64,000 nt of DNA from Thecamonas trahens ATCC 50062 (lineage: Eukaryota > Protista > Apusomonadida). Every line of letters starts with the position of its first letter. Positions within the stretch are counted from its first letter, which is position 1. Position numbers and translations under genes: made by a program. Shown here piece by piece: positions 13,663-24,800 of this stretch. The DNA lies in contig NW_013657671.1 in NCBI RefSeq assembly GCF_000142905.1, positions 480,373 through 544,372 of the forward strand, in the 5' to 3' direction. Below the pieces are notes generated by a model, which made no database searches, had not been told where the DNA came from, and saw only the letters and a list, made by a program, of their open reading frames with translations.

Positions 13663-14475
13663 TGACACGTGGATCACGTGCGCGTCAGAGTCACGAGGTC
13701 TAGAACTGACTTGTGATTTAGTTGCCCCAGCGGCTTGGTCCGCAGTAGGGCCGAGCAGGCAACTTTTTGCCGATTATGTTCGATTCGCGAGATACCGGAC
13801 ACGCCGAAATTGACAGGGTGTCCCCAATCAAGGCGATGATCAACCAGTGTGTTTAAGGCCGCACATGGTAGCTGCCTGGCAGTCACACGTCAGTGTGTCC
13901 AAGTTGACTGCGTGAGATGGTGTGTGAGGTAGCGCTCGCTAGCGTTTCTGCATAGATTATGAGGCCAATATCGGCTTTAGATGAGGCTCACATGGCATAC
14001 CACACGAGGTACGGGTTCTTGATTGGAGGGCAGACAGTGCGGCTGGTATTAGCGGAGACAGAATAATAGACTGACAGGTAGTTTGCGCGTCTGACCTTTG
14101 ACTTCCTGGCACTTGGGGGCCGTAGTCGGCAGCATTTCGCCGTTGTGGGCCCCAATGTGAGCTTGGAGCTTGCAGAAAGGTTGCGGAATGGGTATCCTAC
14201 GTTGCGATGTTGGTCTCTGATCAAGCTTACGGGCCGGGCTCGAATGCCTGATTCGACGCAACGAAGTCTTTCCAAGCTCTGTGGATGCGGTAATTGCCCG
14301 AGTGACAGCCAACTGGCAGACGGCGACCGTCACACGGAGACTCGGCACGGTGCGAGCGTCGAGATGGACAAGGCGTTCACGGTCAACACAACTCTCGCTG
14401 GCAAGCAAGTGCGCACAGAGGGGTAGAAGAGAGACTGGCAGCTGGTAAGGCCTGGGTCTGGAGTGCTGAAAGCCG

Positions 14476-15027
14476 ATGTTGACGTCTCTGGCGCAGGTGA
14501 TACCTGCTGTTGTCCCTCGGGTGGCGCCGAACTACTTTGCACACACCTTTGGCTTGCTCAAGCCCGATCTGGTAGCAGCGACGCCGCGAGCTGCTGCGGT
14601 TGTACGTGCGCTGGCTGCTCCCGATTCTCCGCTGCGGATTGTGGCGCTGAGTCATCGTGAGGTTGATCCGCAGCTCGCTGATGCGTTCTACGCCGATCAC
14701 GCTGGTAAGTTCTTTGCACCGCGACTGACCGCCTCAATCTGTTCAGGCCCGCTGGTGGCGATGGTACTCGAGTCTGTTCCGGCGTCTGGCGAGCATGCAG
14801 CGGGCTCGATCGATGTCAGTGCCATCGAGGCGTGGCGGTCGCTGATCGGACCGACCAAGGTGAACTCAGCGCGATGCGCGTTGCCTGGCACGCTCCGCGG
14901 GTTGTATTCGACCAGCGACACGCGCAATGCCTTTCATGGGGCAGACGCGCACGCCGCAGTCCTTGCCGAGGCCGAGCTCTTCTTTCCCGGCCTGCTTGCT
15001 GCGGCTCCGAGACCAGCGCGGGAGTGA
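14476..15027 (+). CDS. NME6: Nucleoside diphosphate kinase, NME6-like
   Basis: TFGLLKPD, HAGKFFAPRL...SGP, WRSLIGPT, and TLRGLYSTSDTRNAFHGAD with the catalytic His. Confidence 0.8.
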   Translation: MLTSLAQVIPAVVPRVAPNYFAHTFGLLKPDLVAATPRAAAVVRALAAPDSPLRIVALSHREVDPQLADAFYADHAGKFFAPRLTASICSGPLVAMVLESVPASGEHAAGSIDVSAIEAWRSLIGPTKVNSARCALPGTLRGLYSTSDTRNAFHGADAHAAVLAEAELFFPGLLAAAPRPARE

Positions 15028-15359
15028 CAGAGACTGTGGCACATAAGGTGCGGAGATCACCTATGCGGCTCGGAGGTAAATTGGCCGCAACAGGACCAAA
15101 ATTATTCACCTTGGTGTTGATTGGTCCTTGATAGTGGCCAACTAGCGCGGGTGGGCACACGCAACTGCACACGCTCAGGGCCTCCTCCAAAGCCAAACTA
15201 GGGAGACCCAAGAGCATCCATAGGCACACTTACTCGACGTCAGACCAAGGAGCTCTTTCCGCACGTCGTGGAAGGCGTAAACAGAATTGACAAGAGTCCC
15301 GTTTATTGACCTTGCGGGTCAACGTGGGGAGAAGCGCCGCATTGACTGACCAAGCCTTT

Positions 15360-17243
15360 ATGACGTTTGTCTCGAACGGGTCAGCGGGCGGACCCGGCAA
15401 CGAGCAAGCGCCGCCGCAACAGGTACCTCTCTCCCCCACGCACACCTCTTCTCCAACAAGTGCAAGCAGCAACGCCCCGCTCTCGGCTCTCAACATGGTG
15501 AGCGGCGAGGCGTTGGCCTCGACGACCTCGGAAACCAAAGTAACAACGACGGCCCCGGGCGCCGGGTCGGCCGACGCCAACCCTGGTGGCAGGCCAATTG
15601 GCTCCAGCATGCTGGTGACGACCGAGACGGAGACCACAAACAGCACCAATAACCACTCCCAACTGCATGGAGATGCCGAGGAGCACGTCGGCGACATGGC
15701 GCCCGTCAATGAGTCATACTCGGTGGCGGGCTCAGAAAATGGCGGTGGCGACCGAGCGCGCGCTGCCAAGCGGTCTAAGCTGTCAAGCTCGGCAGCTGTC
15801 ACCCGGCAGACGGCCGAGGTGGACTCGGGTTCCGACTCGGACTATGTCGAGGGAAAGAAGCAAGATGGAGGCAATGGCAAGCGCAAGCGCAGTAGTGCAT
15901 CCACCAAGCGAGGCGGTGGAGCCGCTGCCAAGAGTCGTCGATGGGGCGGCAACCGCGCGTCGAGCCGCCTCTTTCCGCCGCAGGCCAAGGCTGTGTTCGA
16001 GACCTGGCTCAAAGATCACCTTGACGAGCCGTATCCTGAGGAGGAAGACGTGCTGAGGATGGCGCATGACGCTGACGTCAAGCCTGATCAAGTCCTGCAG
16101 TGGTTCATCAATGCCCGCCGCCGGCATCCGCTGCTTGTCAACCGCAACTTCAAGCGGTGTCGCCGTCGGTACTCCACCATTTCCGACCGCGCCTCGACGC
16201 AACGCCGCAAGTCGCAGCGCCGGACAAGAAGCCCGGCCGAGCCAGCAACGGCTCCGATGATGACCGGGACCGGCGGACAGCCGGTGGCCGCATCGTTCCT
16301 TTTCGGGCAAAGCGCCAGGGGCTCCGGCGGCGCCAGCTCGCTGATGCTGCCCACGGCGCAAGACGGCGATGTCGGCTACGGCACCACCGCGCCCATCTAT
16401 CAGACTATCGGTGCAGGCGGCGAGGTGTCGCTCATGCCCGGTGCTAGCGGTGCCTCCTGGCCGGGCACTGCCGCAGCCATGCAGTGGTCTACAACGCCGG
16501 TGACCATGCAGCAACAGGCTCGCCTCTTTGCGGCTCAGCAGCAAGCCCAAGCACAGGCCCAGCAGTTGCAGATGCAGGCCCAACAGATGCGCCTGGCCCA
16601 GCAGATGGGCATCATGCAGGGCATGGTGCCGGGGTCGTACCCGTCGTCGCCGTACACAGCGTCAGGTATGAGTCCACAGATGCAGTCACTGGCATACATG
16701 CAGCAGTTCCATGCCCACCAGCAGGCAGTCCAGGCTCAGCAGCAGGCGGCACAAGTCCAGTCGATCAAGACGATGTCGCACTCCCAGCAGGCGCTCTCGC
16801 ACTTGCAGCAGCTTCCTCAACTTCAGCAGCAGCAAGTCTTTAATCAAGGTCTCGTCACGCCAACCATGACCGACGTGTACTCCAGCTCGTTCGGCAAGCT
16901 TACCCCGGGTTCAGCTTCGGGCTCGGGTCCGGGCTCGGGCTCAGGCCCGGGCTCGGGCTCGGGCTCATACCCGTCGTTGGCGCAGACTGGCTCGCTCGGT
17001 ACGTCCGGCATTGCTCCGGTCTCCTACGAGGTCCAGAACGCGCGCCAAGCCCTTGACCTTGCCAATCAGGTCTTGTACAACGCACACGGTCAGGTGGCCG
17101 CCCCGAGCAACAGCCAATCAATGGCTGCCGCCACCACCAAGGCCGACGATGCTGCTGCTGCTACCACTGCTGCCGCTGTCGCTGCTGCTGCTGCCGCCGC
17201 CAGTACGGCCAACGTCGCTGGCAGCACCCCAGCAGCAATCTAA
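15360..17243 (+). CDS. TALE-class (KN/TGIF/MEIS-type) homeobox transcription factor with Gln-rich C-terminal region
   Basis: WLKDHLDEPYPEEED...QVLQWFINARRR shows the PYP loop and Ile50. Basic NLS-like segments; first in-frame ATG at 15360. Confidence 0.85.
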   Translation: MTFVSNGSAGGPGNEQAPPQQVPLSPTHTSSPTSASSNAPLSALNMVSGEALASTTSETKVTTTAPGAGSADANPGGRPIGSSMLVTTETETTNSTNNHSQLHGDAEEHVGDMAPVNESYSVAGSENGGGDRARAAKRSKLSSSAAVTRQTAEVDSGSDSDYVEGKKQDGGNGKRKRSSASTKRGGGAAAKSRRWGGNRASSRLFPPQAKAVFETWLKDHLDEPYPEEEDVLRMAHDADVKPDQVLQWFINARRRHPLLVNRNFKRCRRRYSTISDRASTQRRKSQRRTRSPAEPATAPMMTGTGGQPVAASFLFGQSARGSGGASSLMLPTAQDGDVGYGTTAPIYQTIGAGGEVSLMPGASGASWPGTAAAMQWSTTPVTMQQQARLFAAQQQAQAQAQQLQMQAQQMRLAQQMGIMQGMVPGSYPSSPYTASGMSPQMQSLAYMQQFHAHQQAVQAQQQAAQVQSIKTMSHSQQALSHLQQLPQLQQQQVFNQGLVTPTMTDVYSSSFGKLTPGSASGSGPGSGSGPGSGSGSYPSLAQTGSLGTSGIAPVSYEVQNARQALDLANQVLYNAHGQVAAPSNSQSMAAATTKADDAAAATTAAAVAAAAAAASTANVAGSTPAAI

Positions 17244-17695
17244 CTTTGTCCTCAGCACTGCTATGATAATGAAGCACCTTGCTGAGCCTGGAGAGGGAAT
17301 GGGGTGATGATGTTGGCAATGCCGTGCCAGCTGGTCGTCCAAGGTTGGGTGTGTCCTGGCGGTGGTTCGATGAACATTGCGCGCGACCTCCCCCTATTCA
17401 GGGCTCACATGGGAGGCGGACAAGAGGGACAGACCAACATTCACATACATGTTGGCATGTAACTCCCCGGCATCGATGGCATGGATGGGCAGGTCGCGCG
17501 AACTGTTGCTGCCACCGGCGGTAGTTGACAGGGAAGGCCACGGGGGTGAACGTGGGTGGAGCAAGCGAGTAAGATGGGTGAGAGGAGTGAGCCGACGACA
17601 GGCTGTCGGTCGGAGAGCAATGCAACATGTCATCTGGTATGTTGAGGAGCGTATGCGATGGTGATGGTGTACTGAAACAACAAGAAGGCGAGCGG

Positions 17696-18502
17696 CTACG
17701 CGGAGGCGCCAGCGGCGGCGGCTGTCTTGATGATGTCGACAAACTCGGGCTTGAGCGAGGCGCCTCCGATGAGGAAACCGTCGATGTCGGGCATGGCGAT
17801 GAGCTCGGCACAGTTGGCGAGCTTGACCGAGCCGCCGTAGATGATGCGGACGGCGGCGGCGATGTCGGGCGAGGTGGCAGCAGCGACGGCGGCGCGGAGC
17901 TGGGTGTGGATCTCCTGAGCCTGTTCGGGCGAGGCAACCTTGCCGGTGCCAATGGCCCAGACGGGCTCGTAAGCGACGACAATGTTGGCCCAGAGCTCGG
18001 GCTTGGTAGCGAGGGCAGGGTTGTCAAACAGAGCGGCCATCTGCGCCGCGACGGGGCCAAAGGCATCGCCACCCTCGCGCTGCTCCAGCGTCTCGCCGAC
18101 GCAGTAGATGAGGCCGAGGTCTGCATCGAGCACAGCTGCGATCTTTGCACGAGTATGGGCATCCGACTCGCCGTAGACATGTCTCCGCTCCGAGTGGCCG
18201 ACAATGACCCAAGCAGCACCGAGATCGGCGGCCATATCAGCCGCCACGGTTCCGGTGTGAGCGCCGCCTTCACGAGCAATGGCAACGTCCTGGAGAGCCA
18301 CCGCAGCAGACGAGCCATGCTCATCGAGCACAGCCTTTGTCGTCAGAATGTACGGCGCAGGCGGAGCAATGACAATGTCCACATCATCCGACGACGGCAG
18401 ATCAGGAGCAGCCTCGGCAAGCAGACGTGCACGCGACGAGGTCGCCGTCACGCTGCCGTTGCACTTGTGGTTGCCACCGACAAAGACCTTCCGAATCGAC
18501 AT
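17696..18502 (-). CDS. TPI1: Triosephosphate isomerase
   Basis: VGGNHKCNG, GHSERR, YCVGETLEQRE, AYEPVWAIGTG, IIYGGSV, DGFLIGGASLK. Confidence 0.95.
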   Translation of the reverse strand: MSIRKVFVGGNHKCNGSVTATSSRARLLAEAAPDLPSSDDVDIVIAPPAPYILTTKAVLDEHGSSAAVALQDVAIAREGGAHTGTVAADMAADLGAAWVIVGHSERRHVYGESDAHTRAKIAAVLDADLGLIYCVGETLEQREGGDAFGPVAAQMAALFDNPALATKPELWANIVVAYEPVWAIGTGKVASPEQAQEIHTQLRAAVAAATSPDIAAAVRIIYGGSVKLANCAELIAMPDIDGFLIGGASLKPEFVDIIKTAAAAGASA

Positions 18503-18783
18503 GAGTGAGTGTATGTGTGTGTGTGTGGGGGTAGGGGGGGGGGGGGGGTGAAGTGTAGCTGAGTCGGTCTCTGTCTCTGTCACGCTGATGTGGTGTTGGT
18601 AGTGGTGACAGTGCCTGGGCTGGCTGGCTCACCAACGTGGCGTGCGGGACTTGGTTGCCAGCGGAGAAACTGGCGGAGTGGTGAAAGGGAAGGGGGAGGG
18701 GATGGGAGGGGGGATGGGGAGATGTTTGGCATTGGTGGAAGTAGTGATGGTGATGGTTGATGGTGGTGATGGGGGTCTTTATC

Positions 18784-18862
18784 TGGGTTGGGCTGGGTTG
18801 GGTTGGGTTGTGCTGGGCTGGGCTGGGCTGGGCTGGGTTGGGCTGGGCTGGGCTGGGCTGGG
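18784..18862. repeat. (GGGCT/GGGTT)n pentanucleotide tandem repeat, about 16 units
   Basis: Directly visible in the sequence. Confidence 0.9.
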
Positions 18863-19302
18863 ATGCTCTCAGGCAAATGATGAGTGGGTTGAGGTGAGGC
18901 AAAGATGGTGTTGCGATGGTAAAGGGTGTGAACGATTGCTGTGGTTGTGGTGATACGTCTGCTTTGCGATGATAGAGCTGTGATGATGGGTGTCAATGCG
19001 CGACAATGGGCGAGAATGGGTGACATGGGTAAACGATGGGGTTGGGGAGGCGAAAGGCTGGACAACCCACGACCCGCCCACCAGGGCTTTGGCTCTGACA
19101 GGCGCTGACTGAGAACATAGGCGCATGAGGAGACATGGTCAACGCAAACGTACCGTTTGGCGTCACAAACGAAGTTGATGCATCGTCAACGGCGAGTCAA
19201 CGCAAACGCACGAAGTTGGTGCCAACTCCAGTAGACGGCGAGGCCGGCGGCACGCGGACGCCAGTCAACGGCACCGTTGACTCGGTCCTGCACAACCAGC
19301 AG

Positions 19303-21338
19303 CTACAGTCGCGACGGGATGTGGAGGTTGGAGAAAAGCGACTTGTCAATAATCGGCCGCAGATGTTCCTCAAAGCCATTGCCTCCGGGTGGACGTTGAC
19401 CGGGGCGGAGCGAGCGGCCTCGACGAGGCCGACGTAAACATCGCCGTCCTTGCGGCCAAGCGCCGAGTTGAGGAGAAAGTCGGGAAAGTTAAAGGCGTCG
19501 ACAAGGGCGACGGCATCGGGGCGGATGACTGCAAGGGTAGCGTGGACAATGTCCTTGACCCACTGGCTCTGGCCCTTGGAGAGGTACCCCTGGGCGAGGA
19601 ATGAGCCGAGGTCAGCCTCGATGCGCGATGCAGCGTAGAGGCGGCAGAGTGCAGTGAGGATGCCGGCCAGATCGGGGCATTCGACGGTGGCGATGGCGGC
19701 GGCAAAGTTGCGGACAACCGAGTACTCACAGTGCGCGCGCGAGGCGGCACAGAGCTCGACCATAAGGTGGTTCCACGCCTCGTCGTAGTCGACGCCCGAC
19801 GCGAGGAGCGCGTCGAGCCGGCCAGTGACGGCACGGACGGCCTCGCCGGCCCGCGCGGCGAGCGTGGCAGCGAGCACATCCAGCCGGCCCATGTCGGCCG
19901 GATTTGCCGCCGCGCACGTAGCCCCGGGCCGCGCCGAGAGGTAGGCCACTCCGGCAGAGAGCGGCTTGCCGTCGGCAGCCTGCCGGCACGACTTGATGAG
20001 GTAGCGTGCGGTCTGCAGAGCGAGGACCACGTTGTCGCCCTCGTACGTCACTGCCGGCACGTACCAGGTGTAGAGGTACGGGAGGCCCGAGAACTGCGAG
20101 AAGCCGTGCCCGCCGCATGCGCGCCGTGCCTCCTCGATGCCGTCGGCGGTGACCGTCGTCGTCATCGACTTGAGCCCAGCCGACGTGGCGTGGACCTCGG
20201 GAAGGACCGAGAGGTCGTTGTCCTCGAGGTCAGCCTGCAGCCGGCGGTAAAGCTCCATCATGTACTCGCCGGTAAAGTGAAAGGCGTACGCGGTGGCGAG
20301 CAGGATGAGCAGCCGGTGCTGCTGCATGGTGTAGTCAAGGACCACCATCTCGCCGCCATCACGCCCGCGGGTGGTTCCCTGCCGCCGCACCGCAGAGTAG
20401 CGGATGGCGATAGTGCAGGCACGCGCGAGCGCGTCCGACGCTCCAGCAACAATCATGGACCGGATCCGGATCATGGTCCCGTACCCAATCTTCTCGTGCG
20501 GCGGCTTGGTGTAAGTCCCATCGCGCGCCACCGTTGCGTACCGGGCGAGGAGCTGGTTTCGCGGAATGCGGACCGAGTCAAAGGCGAGGTACCCGTTGTC
20601 GGCGGTGTTCCATCCAAACTTGGGCCCGATGTCACCGATGACAATGCCCGGCAGCGGCGTGTGGTCCTCGAGGTCACGGACTTGGACAATGAACGTGTGC
20701 ACGCCGTAGTCGGTGCCATCGATCATAAGCCGGGCGTGCGTGACGCAGTGGGTCGCCGCCACGCCGAGCCCACCGGGCCACCACTTCATCGATGTCAGCG
20801 TCGGCGAGTTGAGCACAAACTCGTCGGTCTCAACGTCAAAGGTGGCAGTCGTCTCGAGACCACGCACGTTTGACCCGTGCCCGAGCTCAGTCTGGGCATA
20901 CGCACCGATGATGGAGAACATGGCGGCGAGCGGGAGCCACTCTGCCCGCTGCTCGTCAGTCCCCTGCGACTGGATGGTCGGAATAAACATGCCATGGTGG
21001 AGCGAGGTTGGCATCGGCTCGTTGACGTAGTAGTACATCCGCACCCCATCCTCACGATCGAGGCCGGCCGCCAGCGTCAGCCGCACGATTTCTTTGAACT
21101 TTTGCATTGCCCGCGCCAGCGACTCCTGCCGACCCACAAAGTATCGATCAGATGCCTGCAGCACCGCATGCTCCTCCACCATCGCTGCCACGCGCTCCTT
21201 CTCCGCTGTCGCCTCCTCTCCGCCGTCCAACAGGTGCGTCATGGCCCGGACATTGAAAGACGCTGCCGCACGCTCCCGCGCAAGCAGCGCCACTCCCTCA
21301 TGCTTTGCCTCCAGAAACCCTTCCTTGCTCGCCGCCAT
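19303..21338 (-). CDS. ACOX1: Peroxisomal acyl-CoA oxidase; one-base frameshift at ~19382 restores a C-terminus ending SRL
   Basis: GAYAQTELGHGSNVRGLET, KWWPGGLG, RRACGGHG, TYEGDN with the catalytic Glu. The shifted frame reads NGFEEHLRPIIDKSLFSNLHIPSRL*. Confidence 0.9.
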
Positions 21339-21829
21339 CCTGTTCTCTTGTTCTGCGTAAAGTGTGACTCTAGCCGCTCTCGCCGTCCGCGCGCGGTGCG
21401 CTGTTGCCGCTGACGCTGACGCGTGACGTGGAGGAAGTTGCGGGATGGGGGGGTGGGGGGTGGATTGAAAAAAAATGTTGTGGCGGGGGGGAAGGGAGGG
21501 GGGAGGGGGGGGGCGGAGGCGACGACTCCAACGACTGCAACGATTCCACCGACACCGTTCATGCTACAGCACAATGCGGAAGATATAGCCATAAACTTGG
21601 TAGCAGTCCTTGTACCTATCAATCACCATTGCGCTCACCATCGATCGCCATCGCCAACGATGACTCAAACGATCGACCACCGTCGACAGCCATGACTATG
21701 ACCATGACAATGACAATGACAGAGGAGGCCACTCACGGCAACTCACCTCACCCACCGCCATTACCCCCCCCCCCCCCCACCCCACCCACCCACCCACCAC
21801 CACACGCAACACACCAAATTATCTCCACC

Positions 21830-24800
21830 ATGAACGACCTCGACGGGGTTGCGCGGCAGCTGCTGTTTGCGAAACAGAGCAAGTCATCGCCAGCAAGCAC
21901 CTCGTCAAGCAGCAGCCATCCGTTGGCGGGAGGAAAGGCGGGAGAGGGGATGGGCAAGGTCATGGCCACCGAGGCTGTGGTTGGCTTGGCCACAACAGCA
22001 AGTGCATGGGCTCTCGCACCGTCAAAGTATGCTGTATGGTTGGATCTCAGCTCGCGGCTACCCACTCGCTACTCCGGACACATCCAGATCGAGGCTGATG
22101 CCATCGCTCATCCCAAGGTCAAGCCCATGCCCAAGCCCATGCCGACGCCGACCACTGATGCCGCTGCTGCCAATTCTCCGGCTTCTTCGTCCGCAACCCA
22201 TGTGCCGTCCTCGAGCTTTCCTGCTGCGCGTCATGCAGGCTCGCTCGCGTCGTCGTCGTACGCCTCGCGCTCGCTGATCGACGCGGTCGTGCTCCGTGCG
22301 GCAGAGCACATTAAGCTCGGCGACGTCTCGGTCGACTCTGCCAGCTCAGGCAGCGGGCTAGTGCCGTCGGCCATCCAAAGAGTCACTTCGCTCCCGCGGC
22401 ATCCGCATCCGCCGCAGGTCGACGGCCTCGAGTTTGACGCCGATGCTGCTGCCGGTATGGTCTTCTTTGTCCTTCATTTTGAGCCGCCGCTGCGGCCCGG
22501 GCCGCTCCTCCTCCGCATCGCCTTCTCCGGTGCCATGGCTCGCTCGGGCATTGTCCGCCCGGGCCTTGTCGCGCCAGGCTCGGCCAATGCCCGTACTCTC
22601 TCGCTCGCGCTCCTCGCCCCAGGGGATGGCGGCGCCGTCTGGCCAGTCGTCGGCATCCGCGGCGCTCGCTGTAAGACCCTTCTCTCGCTCGTTGTACCAG
22701 CCGCGCAGCGCGCCCTCGCCTCGTCGCCGTGCGCGGCCTCGCAAGAGCTTGATGCCAGTTCCGGCTCGGGATCGGTTGTCGCTGATCGCGTCCGCCACGT
22801 CTTCCGCCTCTCGCGGACCGGCCCCGAGACGAGCTACGGCTTTGCGGCGGGCTCATTCGACTCACGTATCGCCTTTTCCGACGCCGGCTACGCGCTCGGC
22901 ATTCATGTCGCCTATGCTCCGGACGCCGCCACCGGTGTCGGCCACGACGGCGCCCCGTCAGCTGCTGCCGCCGCCGCTACTCTGGCCATGACCTCGTTTG
23001 CGCTCGACACGCTCTCGGCCGCGCTTTCCGCCATCGAAGACGTGCTCGACGCACCGCTTCCGATGGACAAGTACGACATTGTCATTGTACCCGACGGTGT
23101 TGCTCTCCCCAACGCGGCCCCGCTCTTGGCGCTCGCCTTTACAACCGCCGCCAACATCGTCTTTGACCCAGCCCTCCATCCACCGTCGCAGCTCCGTCAT
23201 GTCGCGTCCTACATTGTCGCCACCGTCATCGACTCGATCCTCTGCGTCGCCGCCTCGCCCCTGCCCGACGCCTGCGCGCCCTGGCTTGGTGCTGGCCTCC
23301 GCAAGTGGCTCGCTGACAAGGTCCTCGCACTCCTCTTTCCCTCGTGGAACGTTGCCGCTCTCACCACCACCGCTCGCTTTGCCACGCTCCATCATCCGCT
23401 CGCCACGCGGCTCCCGCTCCGGAGCACCATGTCGCGTGCGATCACGCAAGCGATTCTTCCCTGGCAGTCTGGACACATGGCCGGCATCGCCGCCATGGTC
23501 TTTGCATGGATTGGCTCCGGACCGCGGACTGCGTTCTACCGATCCTGGGCTACTCTCAACGCGTCCTACTCGGACACCACACTCCTGGCCCTCCTTCAAC
23601 GCCATGCCGCCAAGCCGCTTGACGTTGTTCTCGCACCGTGGTTCGAGGCTGCGGGCGTCCCGTCGGTTCATGTCACGTCACGTAGTGACAGCGATGGCAT
23701 AGACTCGGGATCAGGCTCGGATGCCTCGGCAGTAGACTCTGAGTACGACGACAATGACGACGCAAACGCGCTCTTCCTCCAGCTGGAGGTCTCGCAGGCC
23801 GGTGCCGTCCAGTACTGGATCCCACTCTTCCTCATGCAGCCCGGTGCGTCACGAGTCCGGGTCAAGGTCTTTGCTCATGGCCAAGTCACCGTTCACATTC
23901 AGACCGGGGCCTGGATCGCCGTCAACTGGCTCCGCTCCGGTCACTACTCTGTCGTGTACTCGGGACCTGTTCTCCGCTCTCTCCGTGACGCCGCAGTCTC
24001 GCACGCGCTCGGTGCACCGTCGCGCGCGGCCCTGGTGTATAACGTCGGTGCAGCCGTCCTTCAGCGCGCACTCCCGCTCACCAACTACCTCGACCTCATC
24101 CAGGCCGTCGGCACTGATGACGAAGACGCGGTCGAAGTCTGGCTTGAGCTCGTTGCCTCGTTTGACGCCATCTTTATTGCAGTCCGCACCTGCCGCATCC
24201 CAGCGTCGCCCGCCGGTTCGGCCGCCCTGGCGCTCCTCACCACTGCTGGCCGCAAGGTCTTTCGATCTGCGCTCCGGCTCACCGGCTGGGACCGTGTGGC
24301 CTCCGAGGCGCTCGCTATGACCTCTCTCCGCACCGACGTCATCCGCCTCCTAGCCGTCGTCCTCGTTGATCCGGAGATTCAGACCCGCGCCGTGACCAAG
24401 TTCAACTCGGCTGTCGTCCATCGCGAGCTCGCTCGCTCACACCTCGCACTCCCGCTCGCGCAGGCCGCAGTTCAGGCGACAGGCAAGGATGCGTTCGAGA
24501 CAGTGCTTGAGGTCTACCGCGAGGCCCCAAGCACCCGTCGCCGCCTGCTCGGCGCGCTAGGCACTGCTGTCTCGCCACTTCTCATCAGCCGTGCCCTTGA
24601 TCTTGTCCTCCACTCCACCATGCCCGTCGAGGGCTGCGCCTGCATCCTCACCTCAGCGCTTGCTACAGAGACCGGCGCCCACAAGACCCTCGCTTTCCTC
24701 GCTGACAACCTCGGCGCCGTCCACTCGCGCTTTGTCGCTGCCCATGCCCACACGCTTTGGCTCGACGTCCTCGCTGCACTCGTCGCCGGCTACGGCCCGC

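Noticed and set aside
13988-14426. Short ORFs between the MFS and NME6 genes
   Set aside because: No recognisable motif and atypical codon usage.
17630-17698. Stop-codon readthrough giving TPI a cryptic PTS1
   Set aside because: The stop context is TAG-CCG and the extension ends QHTR, which is not a PTS1.
18784-18862. Telomeric repeat or CRISPR array
   Set aside because: The unit is a 5-mer rather than TTAGGG, and there are no spacers or cas genes; no CRISPR, tRNA, rRNA or transposase signal was seen in the window.
19197-19380. ORF-track C-terminus of acyl-CoA oxidase (…GTNFVRLR)
   Set aside because: Non-homologous; the shifted frame gives the ACOX-like ending with PTS1.
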